Positions 7,844 through 16,456 of a stretch of 64,000 nucleotides of DNA are shown in pieces. This stretch comes from Eubacteriales bacterium (GTDB taxonomy: Bacteria; Bacillota; Clostridia; Oscillospirales; CAG-272), in the NCBI GenBank assembly GCA_045580085.1, contig JAZNND010000039.1, positions 11,387 to 75,386 of the forward strand. The letters run 5' to 3'. The notes under the pieces are model-generated. The model saw only the letters and a program-made list of their open reading frames with translations, was not told the DNA's origin and did no database searches. The position numbers and the translations under genes are program-made. Every line of letters starts with the position of its first letter. Positions within the stretch are counted from its first letter, which is position 1.

Positions 7844-9097
7844 ATGATGAAAAAATATGATCTTGCTGTAATTGGTGGAGGCTTTGCAGGAGTGGCGGCA
7901 GCGTTGGCGGCTGCAAGAGGCGGTGCAAAGGTTCTGATCATTGAAAAATCAAATTGTCTTGGCGGTGCGGCGGCGAACTGTCTTGTTAACCCGTTTATGC
8001 CATATTGGACAGAGATAGACGGAAAACGAGTTGATCTATCTAACGGTATCTTTAAGGAAATACACGACCGTCTGGAAAAGCGCAATGCTATGAAGAAAGA
8101 AAGCTTTTTGGAAGAAGAGCTGAAATATATTTTGAATGAAATGGTGATCGAAGCAAATATCGACCTGCTTTTCCATGCATATATTTTCCGGGCAAATACA
8201 TGCGCTGACCGTATTGTGTCTGTTACTGTTGCTACCAAAAGCGGAGAAATGCAGATAGAAGCAGATTATTTTATTGACGCTACCGGAGATGCACAACTTG
8301 CGTATCTTGCGGGATGTCCTACGGTACTTGGCAGAGAGCCGGATCATTTGTGTCAGCCTATGACGTTGTGCTTCCGCGTCGGAAATGTGGACGTTGACAA
8401 ATTTTATGCAAGCAGAGAAAGATTAAAAATTTCGCATGCACAAAGTCTTGCGGCGGGAGAGCTTATCAATCCAAGAGAAAATATCCTTGTATTTAGAACG
8501 CCTATACACAACGTACTTCATTTCAATACCACAAGAGTGGTCAGGAAGAATCCCACCTCACCGGAAGAGGTAACAGAGGCAGAGGTGCTGGCTCGCAAGC
8601 AGGTGTATGAAATATATGACTTTATGAAAAGGCATGCCGACGGACTTGAAAATAGCTTTTTGATGATGACTGCGGCGGAGATTGGCGTGAGGGAAAGCCG
8701 TATGATCGTTGGAGATTACGTATTGACTGAACAAGATTGCAAAAATTGCGTGAAATTTGAGGATGCGATCGCTGCCTGTAACTATGATATAGATATTCAC
8801 AATCCCGAGGGAACGGGAACCAGCCACTACTATTTCCCGGCAGGAGCCTATTATACGATCCCTTACCGCAGTCTGATCCCCCAAAATATAAATAATATGC
8901 TCGTGGCGGGCAGATGTATTTCCTCGGACCACGGCGCGCAGGCATCGTACAGAATTATGCCCGTTGTTTGTTGCATTGGCGAAGCGGCAGGCTCGGCCAT
9001 CGGGTTGGCGGCAAGAAGCGGTTGTTCAGTGCGCGACATCACCTCCAAAGAATTACAAAGCGTTTTGAAAAAGAACCGCGCATATATCAATGTGTGA
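7844..9097 (+). CDS. FAD-dependent oxidoreductase (GIGGGFAG dinucleotide-binding fold; family not resolved)
   Basis: 417 aa. 'YDLAVIGGGFAGVAAALAAARGGAKVLIIEK' is a GxGxxG FAD fold. GGAGG SD. The second ATG at 7847 is equally possible. Confidence 0.75.
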   Translation: MMKKYDLAVIGGGFAGVAAALAAARGGAKVLIIEKSNCLGGAAANCLVNPFMPYWTEIDGKRVDLSNGIFKEIHDRLEKRNAMKKESFLEEELKYILNEMVIEANIDLLFHAYIFRANTCADRIVSVTVATKSGEMQIEADYFIDATGDAQLAYLAGCPTVLGREPDHLCQPMTLCFRVGNVDVDKFYASRERLKISHAQSLAAGELINPRENILVFRTPIHNVLHFNTTRVVRKNPTSPEEVTEAEVLARKQVYEIYDFMKRHADGLENSFLMMTAAEIGVRESRMIVGDYVLTEQDCKNCVKFEDAIAACNYDIDIHNPEGTGTSHYYFPAGAYYTIPYRSLIPQNINNMLVAGRCISSDHGAQASYRIMPVVCCIGEAAGSAIGLAARSGCSVRDITSKELQSVLKKNRAYINV

Positions 9098-9142
9098 TAA
9101 GGGGCAATTTTCACAAGTTGTCAAATTGACCTCCAAACACAC

Positions 9143-9176
9143 AAAAAAGTCTAACGCAACTGCGTTAGGCTTTTTT
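9143..9176. terminator. Bidirectional terminator hairpin (intact version of the split hairpin at 2960/3330)
   Basis: aaaaaaGTCTAACGCAacTGCGTTAGGCtttttt. Confidence 0.7.
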
Positions 9177-9376
9177 GAACGATGTGTTCCGCAAGCGGAA
9201 CGTGATGCTTCCTTCGCACGTGAGGTGTGCCTTCGGCACGATGATAGGAACACATCACATCACTGCGACCGCAGGGAGCAACATCACTATGCGAAGCATA
9301 ACATTACTTTGGCGAAGCCAAAACTTCACTAAGTCTCAAAGTCCTTGATTTCGGGGGACTTTTTTGGGCTTTTAGC
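9159..9376 (+). repeat. Intergenic mini-hairpin repeat element, copy 2
   Basis: Aligns with 3329-3536. It differs by hairpin substitutions and a 5-nt indel (cacatcacATCACtgcg). Confidence 0.8.
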
Positions 9377-9399
9377 GTCTGAATTCCTTTTGAATGTGC

Positions 9400-9428
9400 T
9401 TGCAACTTGTGAAGAAATATGCTATAAT
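9400..9428 (+). promoter_or_regulatory. Sigma-A-type promoter of the GH63-like gene
   Basis: TTGCAA (9400-9405), 17 nt, TATAAT (9423-9428). Confidence 0.6.
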
Positions 9429-9461
9429 TATACAAGTAGACAACAAAAAATGAGGTGCTGT

Positions 9462-10796
9462 ATGGAAATCAAATCTTCATTTCTACAACAAAGCGATTTG
9501 GAATATGCAATAGAGTGCCTTGAAGCGTGCAAACAGGATCACGCTCAAAAATACGGATTTAACTATCCTTATTTTACACCGGGAGGGGCATACGGAAAGC
9601 AGTGGTGGCAGTTGGACTCTTCCTTGGCTTTGTGTGGATATAAATGGATTAATCGAGAATTTGCGGAGACATCTCTTTGGAATTTTATTGAGTCGCAAAA
9701 GTATGACGGACGGATATGCCTTTGGGGGGCTGATGTGTTGCCCGGCAAGGTTGCCGGAGAAAATTTCCCTCAACAGACCGAAAACGTTTCTTCGTTGCCA
9801 AAGCTATTTGATGTTGCCTATCATGTGATACAAGGTTCAACCGACGAAAAGCTGAAGCTGGCAACCTATGATATGTTAAAAAAATATTTGGATTGGTGGT
9901 TTTTCAACCGTCAGGATTCAAATACAGGACTTATCACTGCAGTTTTTGAGGAGACCTTCATTCCGCATCTCGGCTATGCGGGAGAATATGCTCCCGTGGA
10001 TACCAACGTTGAGGTTTACGTTGGATGTCATTATACGGGATTGCTTGCACTTGAGCTTGGAAAAACAAATGATGCGGAAGAAATTGAGTGTAGAAAAAAT
10101 CGTCTGAAGCAAAGCATCAATCAATATTTATGGAACGAGGAAAGGGGCGCTTATTTCCCGTATTTTGTAAAAGAAGGGAGAATGTCGGATTGCCTGATGG
10201 CATCAACCTTTTTCCCGTTGAGAATGAAGATAGCAAGTGATGAGCGTCAGAAAAGGCTATTGGAACTGCTTAAATCTCAAGAGCATTTTAATTGGAACGC
10301 GATTCCGCTGACCTCGGTTTCTATGAGGGATAGCTCCTTTGTTACAACCAAAGGAGCGTATCAGGGAAACGCGAGCTGGAGTGGGAACGTATGGACGTTG
10401 ATAAACGAAATGGTCGTGCGTGGACTTTGCGACTGTGGCGAAAAGGAAATCGCGGCAGAGCTTGCACTTAAAACGATACGCGCCTTCAATCATAATTGTA
10501 CAGAATTTATCAATCCCTTTGATGGAAGCGGACACGGTGTACTTCAATATGCGTGGACGGCTTCACAGTATCTGGAACTCGTGATAGAAACGGTATTCGG
10601 TATTTCTTATCGCGCTGATGAAAGAACGGTTATTGTTTCGCCTAAGATCACTGACAATATGAAAAATGAATGCTTGGAATTAAAGCATGTTTATCTTTCA
10701 AAAGATATTTTTCTTGATGTGGATATTGATCACGGAATCGTTTCTTGTCGGGTGTCTTCGGATTCCATAAAAGTGGATATCGCGGAGCGCGTATGA
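9462..10796 (+). CDS. (alpha/alpha)6-barrel glycoside hydrolase, GH63 / MGH1 / trehalase-like
   Basis: The ORF track starts at 9345, which lies upstream of the promoter. The ATG at 9462 follows GAGGTG. 'YQGNASWSGNVWTLINEMVVRGL' and the overall ~445-aa size fit the GH63-like fold. No signal peptide. Confidence 0.55.
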   Translation: MEIKSSFLQQSDLEYAIECLEACKQDHAQKYGFNYPYFTPGGAYGKQWWQLDSSLALCGYKWINREFAETSLWNFIESQKYDGRICLWGADVLPGKVAGENFPQQTENVSSLPKLFDVAYHVIQGSTDEKLKLATYDMLKKYLDWWFFNRQDSNTGLITAVFEETFIPHLGYAGEYAPVDTNVEVYVGCHYTGLLALELGKTNDAEEIECRKNRLKQSINQYLWNEERGAYFPYFVKEGRMSDCLMASTFFPLRMKIASDERQKRLLELLKSQEHFNWNAIPLTSVSMRDSSFVTTKGAYQGNASWSGNVWTLINEMVVRGLCDCGEKEIAAELALKTIRAFNHNCTEFINPFDGSGHGVLQYAWTASQYLELVIETVFGISYRADERTVIVSPKITDNMKNECLELKHVYLSKDIFLDVDIDHGIVSCRVSSDSIKVDIAERV

Positions 10797-10939
10797 CAAG
10801 TTGTAATTTTGTCCTGTAACCACAAAACGAAATAGCTTGAACTTCTTTTCAGTGAAAAGATTGTTCGGGCTATTTTCTTTTTTTGAATTTTTAGCTTCTA
10901 TAATATCGTTACAAATTTATTTCACAAGGAGATTTTGTA

Positions 10940-11026
10940 ATGAACAAGAAGAAAACTGTATTTGAAAATGATTTCAATATTAACGAGGAGCAAATGGATT
11001 CTTTGGCGAAGCCAAAACTTTACTAA
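10940..11026 (+). CDS. Hypothetical 28-aa peptide (MNKKKTVFENDFNINEEQMDSLAKPKLY)
   Basis: AAGGAG SD 8 nt upstream. The last 7 codons plus the stop lie in the partial repeat copy. Confidence 0.25.
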   Translation: MNKKKTVFENDFNINEEQMDSLAKPKLY

Positions 11027-11066
11027 AACCTCAAAGCTTTTGATTTAGAGGGCTTTTCGTTTTTTC
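11001..11066 (+). repeat. Intergenic mini-hairpin element, partial copy 3 (last hairpin + word + terminator)
   Basis: ctttggcgaagccaaaactTtactaaAAcctcaaag... aligns with 3467-3526. The terminator stem carries compensatory changes. Confidence 0.65.
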
Positions 11067-11343
11067 AGGTGAGTGAATTGTCAATAGAATTGCAACGTTG
11101 AAATTTACCGTGAAGGCCGGAGAAACTGAATGCAGTGCTTGCAAAGAAAAAAGGACGTTGCGTTTTACAACTCTTCGTCCTTTTCTTGTCGGTGGGGAAC
11201 GTATTCTATGAAATTTCAAAACCTGTTCTTAAGGGGACATCTCTTTGCGTACCACGGTGGATTGCTGAAGTAAAAAACATGCAAATGTAAACAAGACATA
11301 GCAATATCTGGTTTTTATGATAAAAAAGGGATTGCATTTATCA

Positions 11344-12177
11344 TCATGCATTCGTCAGGTTTTGATTTTCTTTGTATCCGGTAGGACTTGTCCCGCAGTT
11401 GGATTTGAAAACCTTTGAAAAATAGTTGTAGTCGGGGATCCCGCACTGAATGGCAATTTGATTAACAGGCAGATTTGTAGTCGTCAGCAATTGGCAGGCG
11501 TGTGCAAGTCTGCATTTTTTGATATACTCTGCCGGTGCACATCCGAAGTATTCGTTGCATATGTTATAAAGCTCGTAACGCGAAAGGTGAAATTCGGAGC
11601 ACAGATGCGGAACAGACAGGGGCACTGAAAGATTTTCGCGTATGTATTTATCAATTTGTGTATCAATGGAATTTTCATTGATATGGACAAGTGTTTTAAA
11701 AAGCTCATATCCTGTACAAGCATCCAAAATGCGAAAAGCGGAAAGGATGTTTTCTTTTGAAATGGTCGGTAGACTGTCATAAGCAGAACGAAGCTTTTTA
11801 TGCAGGTGGGGCGGAAAATCTTTTTTAAAATCGGAAAAGTCTGTTATGTCGGAACTTTTGATTTGCCCTAACATGATAAACCCAATGATGTGATTGTTAT
11901 ATATGATGGGGGATATGCATTCTTGAAGTCCGGCGTGGCAGGTGTAGACATATTGGCTACGCGTTTTTCTGCAATTTGCAAAGGCAATCTTATCGCAATT
12001 TTTACATCGTTGATCTATTGCTTCGTTTTTTCGTAAAATGTCACAAAATGCGCTGAGTTTTTTGGGATAGTAGCATATTTCGTTGCCTTCGGAATCGTAC
12101 AGGCAAGCTTTTATGTTTGTAAGATTATAAAAATCATATAAGAGTTTTTTTAAGGATTGAATATCAAAAGCTGACAT
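11344..12177 (-). CDS. PocR-sensor / AraC-HTH transcriptional regulator (paralog of 6869-7714)
   Basis: 277 aa. 'IDQRCKNCDK...YTCHAGL' is a PocR-like domain, followed by an AraC HTH. GGAGG SD 9 nt upstream. Confidence 0.75.
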   Translation of the reverse strand: MSAFDIQSLKKLLYDFYNLTNIKACLYDSEGNEICYYPKKLSAFCDILRKNEAIDQRCKNCDKIAFANCRKTRSQYVYTCHAGLQECISPIIYNNHIIGFIMLGQIKSSDITDFSDFKKDFPPHLHKKLRSAYDSLPTISKENILSAFRILDACTGYELFKTLVHINENSIDTQIDKYIRENLSVPLSVPHLCSEFHLSRYELYNICNEYFGCAPAEYIKKCRLAHACQLLTTTNLPVNQIAIQCGIPDYNYFSKVFKSNCGTSPTGYKENQNLTNA

Positions 12178-12381
12178 ATTAGTATTCCTCCGTACAAAAT
12201 TACCATACCGTTGTATAAATTATACTATAATGCGCCGAAATAAACAAGTATAATAATAAAAAAGGATGCAATAAATTGTTTAATTGAGTACTCACATGGT
12301 TTTGCGCCTTGTATACGGACAGCATAAGACTTATGAAAAGATTAAAATATAAAAACTATATAATAAAGGAGCTTGATTGAT

Positions 12382-13776
12382 ATGAGATTTGCATTGTATT
12401 TTGGAAACAGAGGCTTTATGCCGGGCGAGTTGATCACAGGCGCGAGAACAGATATGATCAAGGCTGTAACCGATGCGGGCTACGAATACCTTGTTATGGA
12501 CGAAAATCTTACCCGTTACGGCGCGATTGAAACACGTGACGAGGGACGTCTTTATCACGATTGGCTAAAATCCCACGAGGGAGAATACGACGGCGTTATT
12601 TTATGTATGCCGATTTTTATTGATGAAAACGGCGCGGTGGCGGCTTTGCAGGATGCGGGCGTTCCCATTCTGATGCAGGCGTATCCGGATGAGATCGGCA
12701 AAATGGACTTCAAGCACCGCCGCGATGCATATTGCGGAAAATTCTCGGTGACCGATGTGTTCTATCAATATAAGCTACCCTTTACGGTTATGAAGCCGCA
12801 TGTGGTACATCCTTTGAGCGAAAATTTCCGTCAAAATCTTGATGATTTCGCGGCGATTTGCCGTGTCGTTAAGGGCATGAAGCGTTTCAACCTCGGCTGT
12901 ATCGGTGCGAGAACGACGGCGTTTAAGACAGTCCGTTTTGACGAGGTGACTCTGCAAAGATACGGTATTAACGTAGAGAGCTTCGATCTTTCCGAACTTA
13001 TTTTCAAGGTGCAAGCAAAGGCGGACGACGATGCGGCGGTGCTTGCAAAGATCCAACGTCTTGAAAATTACACCGATTTTACAAAGGTTCCCGAAAAGAA
13101 CAAGCTGATGCTTGCAAAGATCTCCGTTGTCATTGATGAATACATCAAGGAATATCACCTCGACGCGATCACGCTCCGTTGTTGGAACGAGATGGAAACA
13201 ATTTTACGTGTTTGCCCCTGTGTTTTGATCTCCGAGCTCAATGACAGAGGCATTGTATGCTCTTGCGAGATTGACCTCACAAGTGCGATCACGATGCGCG
13301 CAATGCAGCTTGCCAGCGGCAAGCCTACCGCCTGCCTTGATTGGAACAACAATTACGGCGACGATGAAAACAAGGTCATTCTGTTCCACTGCGGTCCTGT
13401 CGCGCAGACTCTGATGGCAGGCAAGGGAACGGTGACAGAGCATAAGATGTTTGCAAAGGGTGATCCCGGAAGCGGATGGGGAACGAATGAGGGAAGAATT
13501 GCGGCGTTTGATATGACCTTCTCCAACGGCTTCACCGAGGACGGTAAGCTAAAGTTATACGTGAGCGAAGCGAGGTTCACCGATGATGAAATCGAAAAAA
13601 CATTTTTCGGGTGTGGCGGGGTTGCGGAAATTCCCGATTTGCAAAACAAGCTGCTCCGTCTTGCGAGGGGCGGCTTCAAGCATCACACGACGGTCGGCGT
13701 CGGACATATGAAGTATGTTCTGGAGGAAGCCTTCAAGACGTATCTTGGCTACGAAGTTGTTGATATTGAGGGATAA
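12382..13776 (+). CDS. L-fucose/L-arabinose isomerase family protein
   Basis: About 464 aa. The ATG at 12382 is 10 nt after AGGAG (the track start at 12373 is a TTG only 1 nt after the SD). N-terminal 'FGNRGFMPGELI...' and the size are typical of the FucI-like family. Confidence 0.65.
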   Translation: MRFALYFGNRGFMPGELITGARTDMIKAVTDAGYEYLVMDENLTRYGAIETRDEGRLYHDWLKSHEGEYDGVILCMPIFIDENGAVAALQDAGVPILMQAYPDEIGKMDFKHRRDAYCGKFSVTDVFYQYKLPFTVMKPHVVHPLSENFRQNLDDFAAICRVVKGMKRFNLGCIGARTTAFKTVRFDEVTLQRYGINVESFDLSELIFKVQAKADDDAAVLAKIQRLENYTDFTKVPEKNKLMLAKISVVIDEYIKEYHLDAITLRCWNEMETILRVCPCVLISELNDRGIVCSCEIDLTSAITMRAMQLASGKPTACLDWNNNYGDDENKVILFHCGPVAQTLMAGKGTVTEHKMFAKGDPGSGWGTNEGRIAAFDMTFSNGFTEDGKLKLYVSEARFTDDEIEKTFFGCGGVAEIPDLQNKLLRLARGGFKHHTTVGVGHMKYVLEEAFKTYLGYEVVDIEG

Positions 13777-13925
13777 GCGGTCATGTCGGTAGGGCAAAAG
13801 AGGTTCTTGCGGGAGGTAACTGAAAGCAGAGGATGACGATTTCTTCCGCGGTCTTGATCGGAATGCAAAAAAGCAATGAAGGAGAATGCACCGGATACTT
13901 TGAAAGTGCTCGGTAATATAGAGTG

Positions 13926-14840
13926 ATGACAGACGGCAGAATTTCTAATTTCGAACAGGTGGCGCGTATGCGTCGTTATACGCTGACTGAGGGAAAAGAA
14001 AAAGGCCTTGAGGTAATTGATTGTGACAACGGTAAAATCCGTTTTCTTCTGAACGTAAACAAGGCTTGTGATATGATGCAGCTTTATCATGAAGGACAAA
14101 ACATGTCTTTTATATCAAAAAATGGGTTTACCCAAAGAGAAATACCGTTTTTGAATCGCTTTGAGGGCGGTATGCTTTACACCTGCGGTCTTGACAGTGT
14201 GGGCGGCAGAGAGGGGTATGAATTGCACGGAACGCTTCATAATATTCCCGCAAGAATAACGCGCGCGGAATGTGATGAAAATGGGATCCTCGTTGAGGCG
14301 ATTATCCGAGATGCGGCACTGTTTGGTAAAAATCTTGTTTTGAAGCGCAGAATATTTTCCGCCATCGGCGAAGATGGCGTAACTCTGCAGGATACGCTTG
14401 TAAACGAAGGATATAAAGACGAGGAATACTGTCTTTTGTACCATATCAATATTGGATATCCCATGCTTGACGATGGGTCGAAGGTTGTTGCCAATGTACT
14501 AAAATGTGAAGCTCGGACAGCTTGGTCGGAGCAAAACAAGGACAATGCGTACAAAATAGGCTCATCTGTTCCCAATCGTGAAGAAACTTGTTATTTTTTG
14601 ACACTAAAAACTCCTGAAATATCACTTATTAACGAGAAGATAGGCAAGAGCTTTACGGTATCATACTCGAGCGATACGTTGCCGCATTTTGTGGAATGGA
14701 AAAGCGAAGCAAGCGGCGACTATGCACTTGGGTTTGAACCTTGCACCACCGAGCTTGATGAGAGATTTTCCTATAAGACAATCAAGCCAAACGAAGAAAT
14801 TGCATTCGGTATTCATATCCGTATCAGCCAAAATCGATAA
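13926..14840 (+). CDS. Aldose-1-epimerase-like protein (DUF4432-type)
   Basis: About 304 aa. 'RRYTLTEGKEKGLEVIDCDNGKIRFLLN...' resembles the galactose-mutarotase-like fold. The SD is weak and the start is uncertain (GTG 13923 or ATG 13926). Confidence 0.5.
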   Translation: MTDGRISNFEQVARMRRYTLTEGKEKGLEVIDCDNGKIRFLLNVNKACDMMQLYHEGQNMSFISKNGFTQREIPFLNRFEGGMLYTCGLDSVGGREGYELHGTLHNIPARITRAECDENGILVEAIIRDAALFGKNLVLKRRIFSAIGEDGVTLQDTLVNEGYKDEEYCLLYHINIGYPMLDDGSKVVANVLKCEARTAWSEQNKDNAYKIGSSVPNREETCYFLTLKTPEISLINEKIGKSFTVSYSSDTLPHFVEWKSEASGDYALGFEPCTTELDERFSYKTIKPNEEIAFGIHIRISQNR

Positions 14841-14873
14841 GGTTGCCATTTTGACCGTCAAATCCAAAAAAAC

Positions 14874-14907
14874 GGGCTAACTCATGACTAATGAGCTAGC
14901 CCTTTTT
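14874..14907. terminator. Bidirectional terminator between convergent genes
   Basis: A 12-bp stem gggctaactcat/atgagctagccc (1 mismatch), flanked by an A-run and a T-run. Confidence 0.7.
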
Positions 14908-14989
14908 CGATCCGATCCGAAGGATCGGCACGTAATTGCCACAGGCGTATGTAATTCGTTCAGCCTTTACGGCGTAAAGCATCAAGTCA

Positions 14990-16456
14990 TCAGGCGAAGC
15001 GAATGGCGTAGAGATCTGCGTCTCGCATTTTCACCGAGAGTGTAACGGGTTTGCCCGCAAAGTCTCGAACGGAACCGTTTTTAAAATGCACGCGTAGGTC
15101 GGACGCATCGCCAAATGTCTCATAGCTTTCGATGTGTGTACCGTCATCGGCGGTTAGCGTGAAATAAAGATATCCGCATGCCGAGGTGGAGAGATTGACG
15201 TAAAGGTCATCTCCTGTGAAGGTAAAGGGTTTGGTGACCACCGTTTCCTCATTTTTTCCTCCCGCATGCAGACTGACAAAGCCGTCACGGCGGATGGTGT
15301 AGCGCCAAACCTCGATAGGCTTTATCCAGTGTCCGATGGGAACGAGCATGGATATCTCGGGCTCGCCGCCCTCAAATTCGGAGGGGGTTTCGAAAAGACA
15401 GGTAGCGGGATAGCCGTCGCCGTATACCCAATTGGAGCTATGCCCCGCGCCTGGGCGCAAAAACGCTTCATCATACCGCTTGAAGCTCACGCCGTCACGC
15501 CCCGCAAGGAAGGTGCAATCCGTGATCGCAAGCCCAAAACGCGCGTCAATCTGATAGCGGCGGCGGCGATGCTCGGCATTCGGCAATTCATCATAGGCAG
15601 GTGTCCACTGCCGCCTGTCGACGTAGCGTGTCGGAAAGCCTATATACTGATGAGGGGCGCGGTAGTAGGGCATGATTAGGTTTTCATACAGTTCAATGTC
15701 TGCGGCATCTCCTTCATCGATACGGCGTGAGGGCGACCAATGAACAAAATCTTCGGATTCAAGATACTGTATGTCTCGAATACGAATATCATAGGCACGG
15801 CGGTCGTGTGCGTCGGTAATATCCCCCGTATAACCATCGGGTAGATGGAAGCCGCGCGTATAGAGGCGGTACTTGCCGATGCTTTTATCCCAGAAGCAGG
15901 AATGTTTGGAATCGTAGAATCCGCCCTTTTCAATCACGCGCGGATGCTCCATGTCGAAATGAATGCCGTCGGCACTCACAAAAGCAAGCAAGGCATGCCC
16001 GCCGTATTTTTCGTGGAAACAGCAAACCACCGCCTTATATTGCTCCAAAGGCGGGCAGGCGGGATTTTCATCTTTAAAAACGCAAAATGGACAGATTAAG
16101 CCATCTGCATAGGAGGAGGTGATGTTATTTTCATAGCTCCCCCCGTACGAAAACAGGTTGAGCACAGGGCGTTCCCAGTGAATACCGTCTTGGCTTTGCG
16201 CATAGCAGTGATAATAGGTATCGTCTCGCTTTGCCGTAACGCTATCCATGCTTCTGCCATTATAATAGAGGCGAAAAAGCCCATCGTCCTTGACGAGAGA
16301 AAGAGAGGATGAGCCACTTCCTTCCCAAGGCATGTCCATACGCAAGACCATCTCACGGCGAGTAGGCTCATGTAGCAAAAAGGGCGCGGACGTTTTGGAG
16401 GTGTCAATCAAATAATCATCAAAAAAGCATTCTCGACGGGAATAAATGTGAATCAT
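14990..16456 (-). CDS. Beta-propeller glycoside-hydrolase-like protein (GH43/GH32 superfamily-like), cytoplasmic
   Basis: The ATG at 16456 follows GGGAG. The track extension to 16609 is a His/Arg-rich non-protein-like stretch. 'PWEGSGSSS..DDGLFRLYYNG' and 'AQSQDGIHWERP' resemble propeller blade motifs. Confidence 0.5.
   Translation of the reverse strand: MIHIYSRRECFFDDYLIDTSKTSAPFLLHEPTRREMVLRMDMPWEGSGSSSLSLVKDDGLFRLYYNGRSMDSVTAKRDDTYYHCYAQSQDGIHWERPVLNLFSYGGSYENNITSSYADGLICPFCVFKDENPACPPLEQYKAVVCCFHEKYGGHALLAFVSADGIHFDMEHPRVIEKGGFYDSKHSCFWDKSIGKYRLYTRGFHLPDGYTGDITDAHDRRAYDIRIRDIQYLESEDFVHWSPSRRIDEGDAADIELYENLIMPYYRAPHQYIGFPTRYVDRRQWTPAYDELPNAEHRRRRYQIDARFGLAITDCTFLAGRDGVSFKRYDEAFLRPGAGHSSNWVYGDGYPATCLFETPSEFEGGEPEISMLVPIGHWIKPIEVWRYTIRRDGFVSLHAGGKNEETVVTKPFTFTGDDLYVNLSTSACGYLYFTLTADDGTHIESYETFGDASDLRVHFKNGSVRDFAGKPVTLSVKMRDADLYAIRFA

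Noticed and set aside
2919-11066. Integron-like gene cassettes, with conserved modules at gene 3' ends resembling attC sites.
   Set aside because: There is no integrase or attI. The words GTTGCAT and GTTGTAA do not fit the GTTRRRY core. Genes are in both orientations with their own promoters and regulators.
13876-13926. A 16-codon ORF as a genuine leader peptide or as the displaced N-terminus of the DUF4432-type protein.
   Set aside because: It has no SD, and its apparent similarity to family N-termini rests only on my memory of a G.I motif. This is recorded as a low-interest check under the isomerase/DUF4432 finding rather than annotated.
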